Below the pieces are notes generated by a model. The model did not search any database and was not told the origin of the DNA. It saw nothing but the letters and a program-made list of their open reading frames with translations. A stretch of 49,018 bases of DNA, from NCBI GenBank assembly GCA_041611735.1, contig JBFIML010000033.1, positions 1 through 49,018 of the forward strand. Direction: 5' to 3'. The translations under genes and the position numbers were made by a program. This document shows positions 8,721 through 18,327 of the stretch, one piece after another (the first letter of the stretch is position 1; each line of letters begins with the position of its first letter). Source of the DNA: Myxococcota bacterium. GTDB lineage: Bacteria > Myxococcota_A > UBA9160 > PR03.

Positions 8721-10379
8721 TCAGGCGCAGGGGCCGTCCGCCGCCGCCAGGGCCTCGGGGCGCAGTGCGTCCACCACGAAGTGGCGTCCCTCGAAGACGG
8801 GCTCCCCCACCCGCCAGCTCGCCAGCCGCGCGCGTAGCTCCTGCCCCGAGGGCTGCGCCAGATCTCCGCGCCACAGGCGCTCTTCGACCGCCGCGCCGGC
8901 CGCCGGAGTCACCAGGAAGGCGACGTCCGGGTGGCGGGTCAGGAAGGCCTTCCAGCACGCCGGCGAGGCGGCGGCCAGCACGGCCAGGGATTCGCGGGCG
9001 CGCTCCGCCACCGGATGGACCGGCGAGGCATGGCCCGGTGGCACTGCCAGCGGGAGGCCGCCCGTCCAGGGGGTGAGGCCGTAGGCCAGGTGCGGCGTCG
9101 AGAGGAAGCGCTGGCCGTGCAAGAGCGCGCGCAGGGAGCGCGCCTCGCGGCGTGCCTCGGCCGACACCGGATGGTGGAGCTCCGGGTGGCGGAAGTCGCG
9201 CACCACACGGGCGCCGGCCAGCCAGAAGACCAGGCCGATGCCGAGGGCTGCGGCCGCGCGCGCCCGCAGCGGGGCGTGCGACGCAGCGGCGGACGCCAGG
9301 GTCGCGGTGGCCGGGATCCAGAGCAGGGCGAGCACGAGGGCCCGGGGCAGCATCCAACCCCCGGTCACGCTCGTGGCCAGGTGATACAGCGGTGGTGCGA
9401 GCAGCACCGCCACGGCCACGGGGCCCATCCACACGAGTGTCGCGATGGGAGCCGGAAGATGCCCGCGGACCGCGCGACGCAGTCCGAAGGCGGCCAGCAG
9501 CAGCACCGCTGGCGAGGTCTGGTGCAGGAGCTCGCCGGGATGGAAGACGCGCAGGCCACCGAGGGAGAGCTGCCCCGGTCCGCCGAGGTGGGCCTCGGCC
9601 AGGGGGCCGCCTCCCGCCGGCCAGCCCAGGGCGAGCCAGGGTGCAGCCAGGAGCCCCCCCATCCCCAGGGCCGCGGCCAAACGCCGCAGCGGTAGCGGCT
9701 CGCCATGCCAGGCCCGGGCCAGGCCGGCGAGCGCCACGGCCGCGCCGGCCAGCACGCCGGCGAACACGTGCAGGGCGAAGGCTCCGGCCACGCTCGCGGC
9801 CAGCAACGCCTCGTCCCGGCGCGAGCCCCGGAAATCGAGCGCCTGCCCGATGGCGAGCAGCACGCAGCCCAGCGCCAGGTTGCGGTTCAGCGCCAGCACG
9901 GGCCAGCTCTGTTGGAGGCTCGCCCAGAACAGGATCAGGGCCAGCCAGCGGACGCTGGATGTGGCGAAGGCGCGCCGGGCCAGGAGCCAGGCGGCGCCCG
10001 ACAGCAGGCCGATGGCCAGCAGGCCGAGGATCCGGGCGGCGGCGTAGCCCGGGAGGCCGGTCGCGCGCTGGAGGAGACCCACCGCCAGCCACTGGATCGA
10101 GTGCAGCGGAGCGCCCGGCGGCTCGAGGCCGAAGGGCTCGCGGTCGAAGAGCCACAGCCCCTCCGCCACCCGGTCGGCGATGGTGAGATAGAGCCAGAGG
10201 TCCGAGACGTAGCCGTCGAAGCGGGCCCCGAGCTGATCCGTCGCCACCAGGAGCAGCATCCCGCCGGCGAGGAGCGCCGCCGCCTTGCGGGCCGCGCCGT
10301 CACCCCGACGCCTGGCGAGCGCCCAGACCAGGGCCGCCAGGATCCCGAACGGGAGCGCGATGGCCAGGTCCACCGCCAT
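8721..10379 (-). CDS. Polytopic membrane protein, possibly GT-C fold glycosyltransferase-like
   Basis: About 12 hydrophobic segments, first-loop acidic motif DGYVSDLWLY, soluble C-terminal domain; GC-rich codon bias in this frame. Confidence 0.55.
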   Translation of the reverse strand: MAVDLAIALPFGILAALVWALARRRGDGAARKAAALLAGGMLLLVATDQLGARFDGYVSDLWLYLTIADRVAEGLWLFDREPFGLEPPGAPLHSIQWLAVGLLQRATGLPGYAAARILGLLAIGLLSGAAWLLARRAFATSSVRWLALILFWASLQQSWPVLALNRNLALGCVLLAIGQALDFRGSRRDEALLAASVAGAFALHVFAGVLAGAAVALAGLARAWHGEPLPLRRLAAALGMGGLLAAPWLALGWPAGGGPLAEAHLGGPGQLSLGGLRVFHPGELLHQTSPAVLLLAAFGLRRAVRGHLPAPIATLVWMGPVAVAVLLAPPLYHLATSVTGGWMLPRALVLALLWIPATATLASAAASHAPLRARAAAALGIGLVFWLAGARVVRDFRHPELHHPVSAEARREARSLRALLHGQRFLSTPHLAYGLTPWTGGLPLAVPPGHASPVHPVAERARESLAVLAAASPACWKAFLTRHPDVAFLVTPAAGAAVEERLWRGDLAQPSGQELRARLASWRVGEPVFEGRHFVVDALRPEALAAADGPCA

Positions 10380-10451
10380 GGGTGGTTTCCCGGATCGGCA
10401 GCTCGGGCGCAGACTTGAGGCCGAACCCCCCGGAAGGCGGGGAAGAGTGGG

Positions 10452-10802
10452 TCACTCGCGGATGCGGTTGGCCTCGTCCACGAAGACGCGCCGGGCCCTC
10501 CAGCCCCGCGCCTCGCGGTCGTCCACCTGCACGAAGCTCGCGACGATCACCACGTCGTGGGGCTTCACCCGGTGCGCCGCCGCACCGTTGATGCAGATCT
10601 CGCCGGAGCCCGGCTCGGCCGGGATCGCGTAGGTGCGCAGGCGCGCCCCGTTCGTGCAGTCCCACACCTCCACCGACTCGTAGGGCAGGATGTCCGCGGC
10701 GCGCAGCAGGTTGGCGTCGATGGCGATGCTGCCCTCGTACTCCACGTTGGCCTCGGTCACCGTGGCGCGGTGGATCTTGGACTTGAGCATGGTGCGGGTC
10801 AT
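10452..10802 (-). CDS. panD: Aspartate 1-decarboxylase
   Basis: [20 protein letters not shown] (G|S self-cleavage site), TYAI, INGAAA; GAAGGAG SD. Confidence 0.97.
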   Translation of the reverse strand: MTRTMLKSKIHRATVTEANVEYEGSIAIDANLLRAADILPYESVEVWDCTNGARLRTYAIPAEPGSGEICINGAAAHRVKPHDVVIVASFVQVDDREARGWRARRVFVDEANRIRE

Positions 10803-11689
10803 CGTCGCTCCTTCCCGGCAGGCAGCGGGCGCAGCACGCGGTTGTCGATCAGGCGCACCCGGGTCCCGGGCTCGCGGCCGGGAAGCCACACGGCGAGGGC
10901 GAGCAGGGCGGGCCCGGCCAGCCGCGGCGGTGCCTCCGCCAGGCTCTCCGGATCGCAGAGCTCCGCGTAGTCGAGCTCGGCACCAGGCGCCTTGGCGATC
11001 TCGCGCCGCACGAGGGCCAGGAGCGCGTCCCGCCCGAGCTCTCCGGCCGCCACCTCCCGCTCCCCCGCCTCCAAGGCGCGGACGAGGACACGGGCCTCGC
11101 GGCGCGCCTCGGGGTCGAGGTTGCGATTGCGGCTGGAGAGGGCGACGCCGTCCGGCTCGCGCACGATGGGCACGGCCGCGATCTCGACGTCCAGCAGCAG
11201 GTCGCGCACGAGCCGCCGCACCAGCTGGAGCTGCTGGAAATCCTTCTCGCCGAAGACCGCCAGCTGGGGCCGGGCCGCCAGCAGGAGCTTGGTCACCACG
11301 GTAGCCACGCCGCGGAAGTGGATCGGCCGGGTGCGGCCGCACAGCTTCGCGGCGAGCGCGGGAACCTCCACGACGGTCTGGCTTCCCGGCGGATACATCT
11401 CCCCGACGTCCGGGGCGAACATCGCGTCCACGCCCACCTCGCGGCAGCAGGCCAGATCGCCCTGGGGGTCGCGCGGGTAGCAGGCCAGATCCTCGCTCGG
11501 GCCGAACTGGGTGGGGTTCACGAAGATCGAGACGACCACCCGGTCCGCGCGCTGCCGGGCCTCGGCGACGAGCGCCAGGTGCCCGGCGTGGAGCGCTCCC
11601 AGGGTCGGCACCAGGGCCACACGCCGGCCATGGGCCTGCTCGGTGCGGCTCCAGCTCCGAAGCTCCGAGACCCGGGTCAGGATCCACAT
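10799..11689 (-). CDS. panC: Pantoate--beta-alanine ligase
   Basis: [51 protein letters not shown]. Confidence 0.97.
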   Translation of the reverse strand: MWILTRVSELRSWSRTEQAHGRRVALVPTLGALHAGHLALVAEARQRADRVVVSIFVNPTQFGPSEDLACYPRDPQGDLACCREVGVDAMFAPDVGEMYPPGSQTVVEVPALAAKLCGRTRPIHFRGVATVVTKLLLAARPQLAVFGEKDFQQLQLVRRLVRDLLLDVEIAAVPIVREPDGVALSSRNRNLDPEARREARVLVRALEAGEREVAAGELGRDALLALVRREIAKAPGAELDYAELCDPESLAEAPPRLAGPALLALAVWLPGREPGTRVRLIDNRVLRPLPAGKERR

Positions 11690-11691
11690 GC

Positions 11692-12519
11692 TCAGGCCCC
11701 GTAGGAGTGCTCGTCGGCCGGGAACTTGCCCGCCGCCACGTCCTCGGCGAAGGCGCGCGCCGCACCCGCGGCCAGCGCGCCGAGGTTCGCGTACTGCTTC
11801 ACGAAGCTCGGCGTCCACTCGGAGAGCCCCAGCAGGTCGTGCATCACGAGCACCTGCCCGTCGCAGTGCACGCCGGCGCCGATCCCGATGCTGGGGATCG
11901 AGAGGGCCGCGGTGATCTCCGCGGCGAGCTGCCCCGGCATCCCCTCCAGCACCACGGCGAAGGCCCCCGCCGCCTCCACGGCGCGCGCGTCGGCCAGCAC
12001 CCGGGCCCGGCCCGCGTCCCCACGACCCTGGACCCGGTAGCCGCCCATGCGATGCACGGCCTGGGGCGTGAGGCCCACGTGCCCCATCACCGGGATCTCC
12101 GCCCGTACGATGCGCTCGATGGTGTCCGCCGCGACGGTCCCGCCCTCGAGCTTCACCGCGTGGGCGCCGCCCTCCTTGACCAGGCCGATGGCGCTGCGCA
12201 CGCCGTCCTCGGGCGAGGCCTGGTAGGAGCCGAAGGGCAGATCGCCGATCACCAGCGCGCGCCGCGCGGCCCGGCTCACGAGGCGCGTGTGGTAGATCAT
12301 CTCGTCGAGCGTGACCGGCAGGGTGGTGTCGCGCCCCTGCACGACGTTGCCCAGGCTGTCGCCCACCAGCAGGCAGTCGATGCCGGCGGCGTCGAAGAGC
12401 CGGGCGAAGACGCAGTCGTAGGCGGTGAGCATGCTGATGCGCTCGCCGCGCCGTTTGCGAGCAGCCAGGGTGCGAACGGTGACGCGGTGCTCGCGGGGAG
12501 CAGCCTGGACGGTCGTCAT
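11692..12519 (-). CDS. panB: 3-methyl-2-oxobutanoate hydroxymethyltransferase
   Basis: [53 protein letters not shown] before ATG 12519. Confidence 0.98.
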   Translation of the reverse strand: MTTVQAAPREHRVTVRTLAARKRRGERISMLTAYDCVFARLFDAAGIDCLLVGDSLGNVVQGRDTTLPVTLDEMIYHTRLVSRAARRALVIGDLPFGSYQASPEDGVRSAIGLVKEGGAHAVKLEGGTVAADTIERIVRAEIPVMGHVGLTPQAVHRMGGYRVQGRGDAGRARVLADARAVEAAGAFAVVLEGMPGQLAAEITAALSIPSIGIGAGVHCDGQVLVMHDLLGLSEWTPSFVKQYANLGALAAGAARAFAEDVAAGKFPADEHSYGA

Positions 12520-12556
12520 GGGCGCCTCCGGCGCCCCGAGCGTTTCCGCAGGGCGG

Positions 12557-12595
12557 AAAACAAAAAATCGCGCCATCCGGAACTCCGGAGGCGCG
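12557..12595 (-). terminator. Intrinsic terminator in the panB leader (attenuator)
   Basis: Minus strand CGCGCCUCCGGA-GU-UCCGGAUGGCGCG followed by AUUUUUUGUUUU, about 40 nt upstream of the panB start. Confidence 0.8.
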
Positions 12596-12652
12596 TCGAG
12601 CGACCGCGCGGCCCCTCGCGAGCGAGGAGACCGCGCTGCGCCTTCTCGGCCT

Positions 12653-12681
12653 CCGTCTCGGTCCGCGGGGGATCCGAGCGA
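12653..12681 (-). ncRNA. pan RNA motif hairpin (cis-regulatory, two bulged A)
   Basis: UCGCUCGG(A)UCC-CCCGC-GGACCGAG(A)CGG, a hairpin with one bulged A per arm upstream of panB, matching my recollection of the pan motif. Confidence 0.75.
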
Positions 12682-12779
12682 TGGCTTGGAACCGGCGCTT
12701 TCTCTGCTTTCCGGGCGCGGTCGCCCGGGGGGGTCAACGTCGATGAGGATCGCCCCGTGCGATTCCTCTCGACGGCACC

Positions 12780-12807
12780 AAAATACTCGCGGGGACCCCG
12801 CTGTCAA
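12780..12807 (-). promoter_or_regulatory. sigma70 promoter of the panBCD leader
   Basis: TTGACA-N16-TATTTT; the -35 overlaps the stop codon of the PilZ gene. Confidence 0.6.
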
Positions 12808-13166
12808 GCAGACGCGTCGCCCCGGGGGTCCTCGAAGGGCTGCCGGACGTAGCCGCCGAGGCGCTCCCGATCCGCCTCCACCAGATCCTCGAGGCGCAGC
12901 CCCACCTCCCAGAAGCGGCTCTCGGCAGCGCGCTCCTCCTCGCGCATGCACCAGACCACCCACGCCGGTGCCCGGATGCGGGCCCCGCCGTCGGGCAGCT
13001 CGAGGGCGATCCCCACCCGGGTCCCCGTGGCAAGCGGGCGGCGCACGTGCAGGCACAAGCCGCCGGCCGAGAGGTTGAGGACGTACTCGGTGGTCTCGGT
13101 TCCGTCGGGCCGGGTGACGGTGACCGGCAGCGGGACCGGCGGACTGCGGCGCGGCTCGGCGCTCAC
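12804..13166 (-). CDS. Stand-alone PilZ domain protein (TIGR02266-like)
   Basis: RRSPPVPLPVTV, NLSAGGLCL, PLATGTRVGIALELP, VVW, VGLRL. Confidence 0.8.
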   Translation of the reverse strand: MSAEPRRSPPVPLPVTVTRPDGTETTEYVLNLSAGGLCLHVRRPLATGTRVGIALELPDGGARIRAPAWVVWCMREEERAAESRFWEVGLRLEDLVEADRERLGGYVRQPFEDPRGDASA

Positions 13167-14017
13167 GGGGCCCGCCGCGCGGCCGCAAGCCCCCGGCTCA
13201 GGGCGAGGAAGCGTTCGGGCGCCAGCGTCTCGGCCCGGGCGTTCGGGGCGATCCCGAGCTGTGCCAGGAGTCCACGCAGCACCTCGGGGGCCGGCGCCGC
13301 GGGCAGGGCCCGCAGGGCGTTGGCGAGCGTCTTGCGGCGCTGGCCGAAGGCGGCGCGGACCACCGGCTCCACGGCGGCGAGCTCCGGGTCCGGGAGCCCG
13401 GGCGCCGGAAGGGGTGTCACGCGCAGCAGCGTGGAGACCACTCGTGGCACGGGATGGAAGCAGCGCGGCGCCACGTCGAAGAGGCGCTCCACGACCGTGG
13501 TGAGTCGATGCAGGACCGCGAGCGATCCGTATGCCTTGCAGCCGGGGGGCGCCAGGAGCCGCTCGGCGACCTCACGCTGCACCATCACGGTCCAGCCCCG
13601 CAGCACGCCGCGCTGCGCGAGGATCCGCCTGAGCAGGGGCGCGGAGACCGCGTAGGGCAGGTTCGCCACCAGCCGCGCGCCTCCCGGCGCGTCCCCGAGC
13701 ATGGCGCCCAGATCCAGGGCCAGTGCGTCCGCGTGGACGAGCTCCACGTGGGGCGCCAGCTCGCCCTCGTCTCGCAGCGCCGCCACCAGGCCGGCGTCGA
13801 TCTCGATGGTGACGACCCGGGCGGCCCGGCGCGCGAGTGATTCGGTCAGCAGGCCGAGGCCGGTCCCGATCTCGAGCACGGTCTCCTCGGGGAGGATTCC
13901 GGCGGCCTCGGCGATGCGTTCACCCACGCGGGCGTCCACCAGGAAGTTCTGGCCGCGCGAGCGATGGGCGGCAAGGCCGCGCCGCGCGAGCCGCATGCGC
14001 ACCGGCTCGACGCTCAC
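13163..14017 (-). CDS. rsmA: 16S rRNA m6,2A dimethyltransferase
   Basis: GQNFL, LEIGTGLG, IEID, ANLPY, MVQREVAERL, AAFGQRRKTLAN; GTG overlaps the tsaD stop. Confidence 0.96.
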   Translation of the reverse strand: MSVEPVRMRLARRGLAAHRSRGQNFLVDARVGERIAEAAGILPEETVLEIGTGLGLLTESLARRAARVVTIEIDAGLVAALRDEGELAPHVELVHADALALDLGAMLGDAPGGARLVANLPYAVSAPLLRRILAQRGVLRGWTVMVQREVAERLLAPPGCKAYGSLAVLHRLTTVVERLFDVAPRCFHPVPRVVSTLLRVTPLPAPGLPDPELAAVEPVVRAAFGQRRKTLANALRALPAAPAPEVLRGLLAQLGIAPNARAETLAPERFLALSRGLAAARRAP

Positions 14018-15066
14018 GAGACCCTCGCGGCGGGCCCGAACCCCGCCCCCACCGGCGCGCGCGCGAAGGCGCCGAGGTCCGCGGCGTCCCGCTCGCCGCG
14101 TGCGAGGCGCTGTGCGCCGGCGGCGGCGATCATGGCGGCGTTGTCGGTGCACAGCTCGAGGGGCGGGAACACGACGCGGAAGCCGTCGGCGCGGGCCGCC
14201 CGCTCGAGAACCTCGCGCAGGCGCCGATTGGCCGCGACGCCGCCCACCACGGCGAGCCGTCCGATCCCCTGCTCCGCCAGCGCGCCCCGCGCCTTGTGCA
14301 CCAGCACGTCGGTGGCCGCCGCCTCGAAGGAGGCGGCCACGTCGGCGCGGGCGGCCTCGTCGAGCACCCCACGCCGCTCGACCTCCAGGGCCACCGCCGT
14401 CTTGAGTCCGCTGTAGGAGAAATCGAAACCCGGCTGGTCCCGCATGGGGCGCGGGAAGGCCACGGCTCCGGGATCGCCGCGCTCCGCCAGTCGCGAGATG
14501 GCCGGCCCGCCCGGATACGGCAGCCCGAGCAGCTTCGCGACCTTGTCGAACGCCTCCCCCGCGGCGTCGTCCCGCGTCTCTCCCAGCAGCACCGGCGGAA
14601 CCTCCGCCTCGATGCGGTAGAGCGCAGTGTGTCCACCGGAGATGACGAGCCCGACGTAGGGCGGGGCCAGGGTGGGGTCGGCGATCTCGGCCGAGGCGAG
14701 ATGACCCGCCACGTGATGGACGCCCACCAGGGGCCGCTCCAGCCGGAATGCGAGAGCCTTGGCGAAGGAGAGGCCCACGAGCAGCGACCCGAGCAATCCA
14801 GGCCCCGCCGTGACCGCGATCCCGTCCAGCTCGCGCGCCGAGTCGAGGCCGGCGCGCCGCAGCGCCTCGGCCACGACTCCCGAGACGTGCCGCACGTGGT
14901 CGCGCGACGCCAGCTCCGGGACCACGCCACCGTAGGGGCGATGGACGTCCTGCTGACCGTGGACGACGCTCGACACCACCTGGCGGCCGGCGCGCACCAC
15001 CGCCGCGGCCATCTCGTCGCACGAGCTCTCGATGCCGAGGACGAGCCGCGGGACGCTCCCGCTCAG
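14014..15066 (-). CDS. tsaD: tRNA N6-threonylcarbamoyltransferase
   Basis: LGIESSCDE, YGGVVPELASRDH, GPGL, HHVAGH, SGGHT, DDAAGEAFDK, GGVAAN, TDNAAMIA; start uncertain (in-frame CTG at 15066 overlapping the dksA stop). Confidence 0.95.
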   Translation of the reverse strand: MSGSVPRLVLGIESSCDEMAAAVVRAGRQVVSSVVHGQQDVHRPYGGVVPELASRDHVRHVSGVVAEALRRAGLDSARELDGIAVTAGPGLLGSLLVGLSFAKALAFRLERPLVGVHHVAGHLASAEIADPTLAPPYVGLVISGGHTALYRIEAEVPPVLLGETRDDAAGEAFDKVAKLLGLPYPGGPAISRLAERGDPGAVAFPRPMRDQPGFDFSYSGLKTAVALEVERRGVLDEAARADVAASFEAAATDVLVHKARGALAEQGIGRLAVVGGVAANRRLREVLERAARADGFRVVFPPLELCTDNAAMIAAAGAQRLARGERDAADLGAFARAPVGAGFGPAARVS

Positions 15067-15425
15067 CCCATGCGTCGCTCGAGACGCTCCTGCTCCGCCT
15101 TGCAGTCGATGCACAGCTCCGCCACGGGGCGCGCCTCGAGACGCTTCAGTCCGATCTCCTCGCCGCACTTCTCGCAAGCCCCGTACTCGCCACGCTCGAT
15201 CTTCTCCAGGGCCGCTTCGATCTTGGCCAGCAGGCCCCGCTCGCGCTCGCGCAGCCTGCCCGTGAAGGCCAGGTTCACCTCCGAGGAGGCCGTGTCGATC
15301 TCGTCCGGGAAGTCGTCCGGGTCGAGGTGGATGTCTCCCGACAACGTCTTGCGGGCGTTGCCGAGGACCTGCTCGCGCTGCTCGACCAACAGCTTGCGAA
15401 ATCGTTCGCGGTCGCGCTTCCTCAC
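15063..15425 (-). CDS. dksA: DksA/TraR C4-type zinc finger transcription factor
   Basis: Coiled-coil tip DEIDTA (DxxDxA), YGACEKCGEEIGLKRLEARP...CIDCK. Confidence 0.9.
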   Translation of the reverse strand: MRKRDRERFRKLLVEQREQVLGNARKTLSGDIHLDPDDFPDEIDTASSEVNLAFTGRLRERERGLLAKIEAALEKIERGEYGACEKCGEEIGLKRLEARPVAELCIDCKAEQERLERRMG

Positions 15426-15458
15426 GTCGGCCCCTTCCCCAAACTGCCGCGGTCCCCG

Positions 15459-16178
15459 TCAACCCGATCTCAGCAGCTCGAGCTGTCGCTTCGCCTCCGC
15501 CGCGCGCGGAGATTCCGGGTACTCCCGAACCACTCGTTCGAACGCCTTGCCCGCCGCCTTGGCATAGCCCGGCCCGAGCTTCAGCAATGCCTCGCCCTGC
15601 CGGTACAGGGCCTCCGGCGCCTTTTCCGCCTTCGGATAGCGCGCCACCACGTCGTCGAAACGAAGGATGGCGGTCTTGTAGTCCCCCTGCTTGAAGTGGC
15701 AGTCGGCCAACCAGAAAGCCGCGTCGTCGGCGTACGAAGAAGACCCGTGAGTTTGCAGGAAGGTCCGGAAGCGGTCAATACAGGCCTCTGCATCCCCGCT
15801 TCGCCACGCCGCGTAGGCTTCTCGGTAGGCCCCCACCTCCTGGGCCGTGACCCCCTGCGGGACTCCCGTGGGCTCCGCGGCCGCGGCCGGCCCGCTGGTG
15901 CCGGCGCCCGCCGCCTCCCGGCGGGCGGCCTGGGCTTCGTCGAGGGCTTGCTGCGCCCGGTGCTCCACCACGTCGATGCGTCCCTGGAGCGCGGCCAGCT
16001 GCTCCTCGATGGATTGGAGCTGCGTGCCCAGATCGGCGACCCGCTCCCGGGGTCCGCCCTGGGCGGTCTGCCGCTTCAGGGTCAGCACTTCGCGCTCGAG
16101 CTTGCGGTACTCGGCCAGCGTGACGCAGCCGCACAGGCTGGTGGCGAGCAGGGCAAGACCGGCTGCCCATCGCATCAT
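15459..16178 (-). CDS. cpoB: Tol-Pal system protein YbgF/CpoB
   Basis: Lipobox LCGC, coiled coil, TPRs (YADDAAFWLADCHF, KAPEALYRQG, VVREYPES); position after tolB. Confidence 0.9.
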   Translation of the reverse strand: MMRWAAGLALLATSLCGCVTLAEYRKLEREVLTLKRQTAQGGPRERVADLGTQLQSIEEQLAALQGRIDVVEHRAQQALDEAQAARREAAGAGTSGPAAAAEPTGVPQGVTAQEVGAYREAYAAWRSGDAEACIDRFRTFLQTHGSSSYADDAAFWLADCHFKQGDYKTAILRFDDVVARYPKAEKAPEALYRQGEALLKLGPGYAKAAGKAFERVVREYPESPRAAEAKRQLELLRSG

Positions 16179-16198
16179 GTTCGCATCCTCCTCCCCCC

Positions 16199-17515
16199 TC
16201 AGCGCGGGTGGGGTCCCCAGGCGGGGCTCGTGTTGTTGCCCTGCCCATCGGTCAGACGGCGCGGGTTCTTGCCGTCCACGTCCACCACGTAGAGATCCGC
16301 CGGGCCGCGGCGCGTGGAGTGGAACACGATCTTGCGCCCGTCCGGCGACCAGCTCGGGTTCTCGTCGCTGCGGGGGTGGCTCGCGATCGGCGCGTTGGCG
16401 CGGCCTTCGGGATCGATCAGCCAGATGTCGAACTGCCCCCCCACGCGGGCCTGGTAGGCGATCCAGCGCCCGTCCGGCGACCAGGCCGGAGCGGCGTTGT
16501 AGCTCCCGTCGAAGGTGAGGCGCCGCACGTCGCTGCCGTCGGCGTTCATCACGTAGACGTGCGGTGCCCCGGCGCGATCGGAGACGAAGGCGATGCGCCG
16601 GCCGTCCGGCGACCAGGTGGGCGCCACGTCGATGGCGCCGTGGCGGGTGAGGCGGCGCAGCCCCCGGCCGTCGTCGCCCACCGTGAAGATCTCGGGCGCC
16701 CCCTCCACGCTCAGCACCACCGCGAGCCGGTCGCCGTCGGGCGCGTACACGCCGCGATACTGGGGCATGCGCGAGTTGAGGTTCGGCAGCAGGAGGCCCG
16801 CCTGCCCTCCCGTCCCCCGCACGATCCGGAACAGGTGTGGCGAGCGACGGTAGCGGTAGGACATGTAGACGATGCGGGTGCCGTCGGACGACCAGGACGG
16901 AAAGGCGTTGATGGCGCGGTTGTTGGTGGCCAGGCGCACGTTGCTGCCGTCGGCGTTCATCACGTGGATCTCGGGGTTTCCGGTCCGCGTGGAGACGAAG
17001 GCGATCTCGGTGCTGGAAACGCCCCGCTGGCCGGTGAAGGCCTCCACCACGTCGTCGGCGATGCGCCGGGCGATGCGCGGCATGTCCCGACTTCCGCCGC
17101 GGTAGCGCTTGCGCAAGAGCGTGCGGCAGCGCGCCACGTCCCAGACACGAAACTCCACCTCCAGCTCGCTGGGGAGGTTGCGCATCTCGCCCTCCACGAG
17201 GGCGTCGGCACCGCTCTGACGCCAGTCGCCGCACACCACCGGCGGGCCGTCGTCGAGAGCGGGCGTCTCCTCGGGCCCCAGGAAGGCCCGAGGAGAGAGC
17301 TCCGAGAAGAGGCTCGAGTACTCGAGGCCCGCCACGAGGTCCTTGCGGAAGCCGGCCGCGTCGACGCCCGCCACCCCGCTGCGGAAGCGCTGCACCGCGG
17401 CTCGATAGGTGCCGGCGGTGGGATCGGTCACCACCACGGCGGGGCGTTCCTGGGCCCCAGCCGCTCCCGCGGCCAGCAGCACGCCGAGCAGCGCGGCGTT
17501 GCGGACGATGCGCAT
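16199..17515 (-). CDS. tolB: Tol-Pal beta-propeller protein TolB
   Basis: Signal peptide, TolB_N-like region (IARRIADDVVEAFTG..G...TEIAFVS), repeated PxWSPDG motifs. Confidence 0.95.
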   Translation of the reverse strand: MRIVRNAALLGVLLAAGAAGAQERPAVVVTDPTAGTYRAAVQRFRSGVAGVDAAGFRKDLVAGLEYSSLFSELSPRAFLGPEETPALDDGPPVVCGDWRQSGADALVEGEMRNLPSELEVEFRVWDVARCRTLLRKRYRGGSRDMPRIARRIADDVVEAFTGQRGVSSTEIAFVSTRTGNPEIHVMNADGSNVRLATNNRAINAFPSWSSDGTRIVYMSYRYRRSPHLFRIVRGTGGQAGLLLPNLNSRMPQYRGVYAPDGDRLAVVLSVEGAPEIFTVGDDGRGLRRLTRHGAIDVAPTWSPDGRRIAFVSDRAGAPHVYVMNADGSDVRRLTFDGSYNAAPAWSPDGRWIAYQARVGGQFDIWLIDPEGRANAPIASHPRSDENPSWSPDGRKIVFHSTRRGPADLYVVDVDGKNPRRLTDGQGNNTSPAWGPHPR

Positions 17516-17517
17516 GG

Positions 17518-18318
17518 TCAGTAGTCCTCCGGACGGAACACGAACGGCCAGCGCCCGGGCCGGGGAGGCGCCGGGAGCGGGCTCGCCTTCTCGATCGCGC
17601 GCACGACGCTTTCGTCGTACCAGGGGTTTCCCGAACGACGCGTGACCCGCGGCTCGCCCTGCACCTTGCCCACGGCGTCGAGCTCCACCTCCACGTGCGT
17701 CTCCAGGACTTGCGTGCGGAAGCCCGCGGGCAGCACCCAGGCGCGTCGCACGTGATTGCGCGCCTCGCGCAGCCAGGCGGCGACTTCGGGGCTCACGGGC
17801 ACCCCGCGCCCGCCTCCGCCTCCGGCCTCGGCCACAGCCTCGGCTCGCGCCTCCTGCACGGGCGCCGGGCGCTCCTCGCCGGCCTCCTCGCGAAGCGACG
17901 CCAGCACGTCGTCCAGCTCCGCCGGCTCCGGCTTGGACGCAGCCGGCGGCTCCGGCTTCGGCGCCGGCTTGGGCTTCGGCGGGGCGGGCTTGGGCGGCGC
18001 CTCCTCGGGCGGCTTCTGAGGCTGCTCCGGTAGCACGACCTTCTTCGCCACCGGCGGCGGCGGCGGCTTCGGGGCGGGAGCCGGCTCCGGGATCGGCTGC
18101 GGCGGGGCGGCGGCGGGCTTCGGGGCCGGAGCGCCGGCCGGCCCGGGCAAGCCGACCAGATCCACCGTCACCACACCCGGCAGCATCACGTCCATGCGCC
18201 CCTGCGGGAGCGTCAGGACCAGCAGCGCGAACGCGGCGTGCGCCGCGGCGGAGAAGAACAACAGGCGCCGGAACAGGCGCCGCTGCTCGTCCTCCAGGCG
18301 AACCGCCAGACTCGGCAC
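17518..18318 (-). CDS. tolA: TolA/TonB family energy transducer
   Basis: TM with SxxxH motif (SAAAH), Pro/Lys-rich linker, C-terminal RSGNPWYDESVVRAIEKASPLP. Confidence 0.85.
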   Translation of the reverse strand: MPSLAVRLEDEQRRLFRRLLFFSAAAHAAFALLVLTLPQGRMDVMLPGVVTVDLVGLPGPAGAPAPKPAAAPPQPIPEPAPAPKPPPPPVAKKVVLPEQPQKPPEEAPPKPAPPKPKPAPKPEPPAASKPEPAELDDVLASLREEAGEERPAPVQEARAEAVAEAGGGGGRGVPVSPEVAAWLREARNHVRRAWVLPAGFRTQVLETHVEVELDAVGKVQGEPRVTRRSGNPWYDESVVRAIEKASPLPAPPRPGRWPFVFRPEDY

Positions 18319-18327
18319 GGCTGTCCC

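Noticed and set aside
8224-10155. N-terminal ~640 aa of the 1071-aa ORF 6940..10155
   Set aside because: Arg/Pro/Gly-rich off-frame read-through over smpB and the membrane gene; the real protein starts at GTG 8223. The same applies to extended ORF-track starts for panB/C/D, rsmA, tolB, cpoB, metG, suhB and the opp genes.
11590-11610. PanC PTLG instead of PTMG as a sign of inactivation
   Set aside because: Conservative change; HxGH, GEKD and SSRN motifs are intact.
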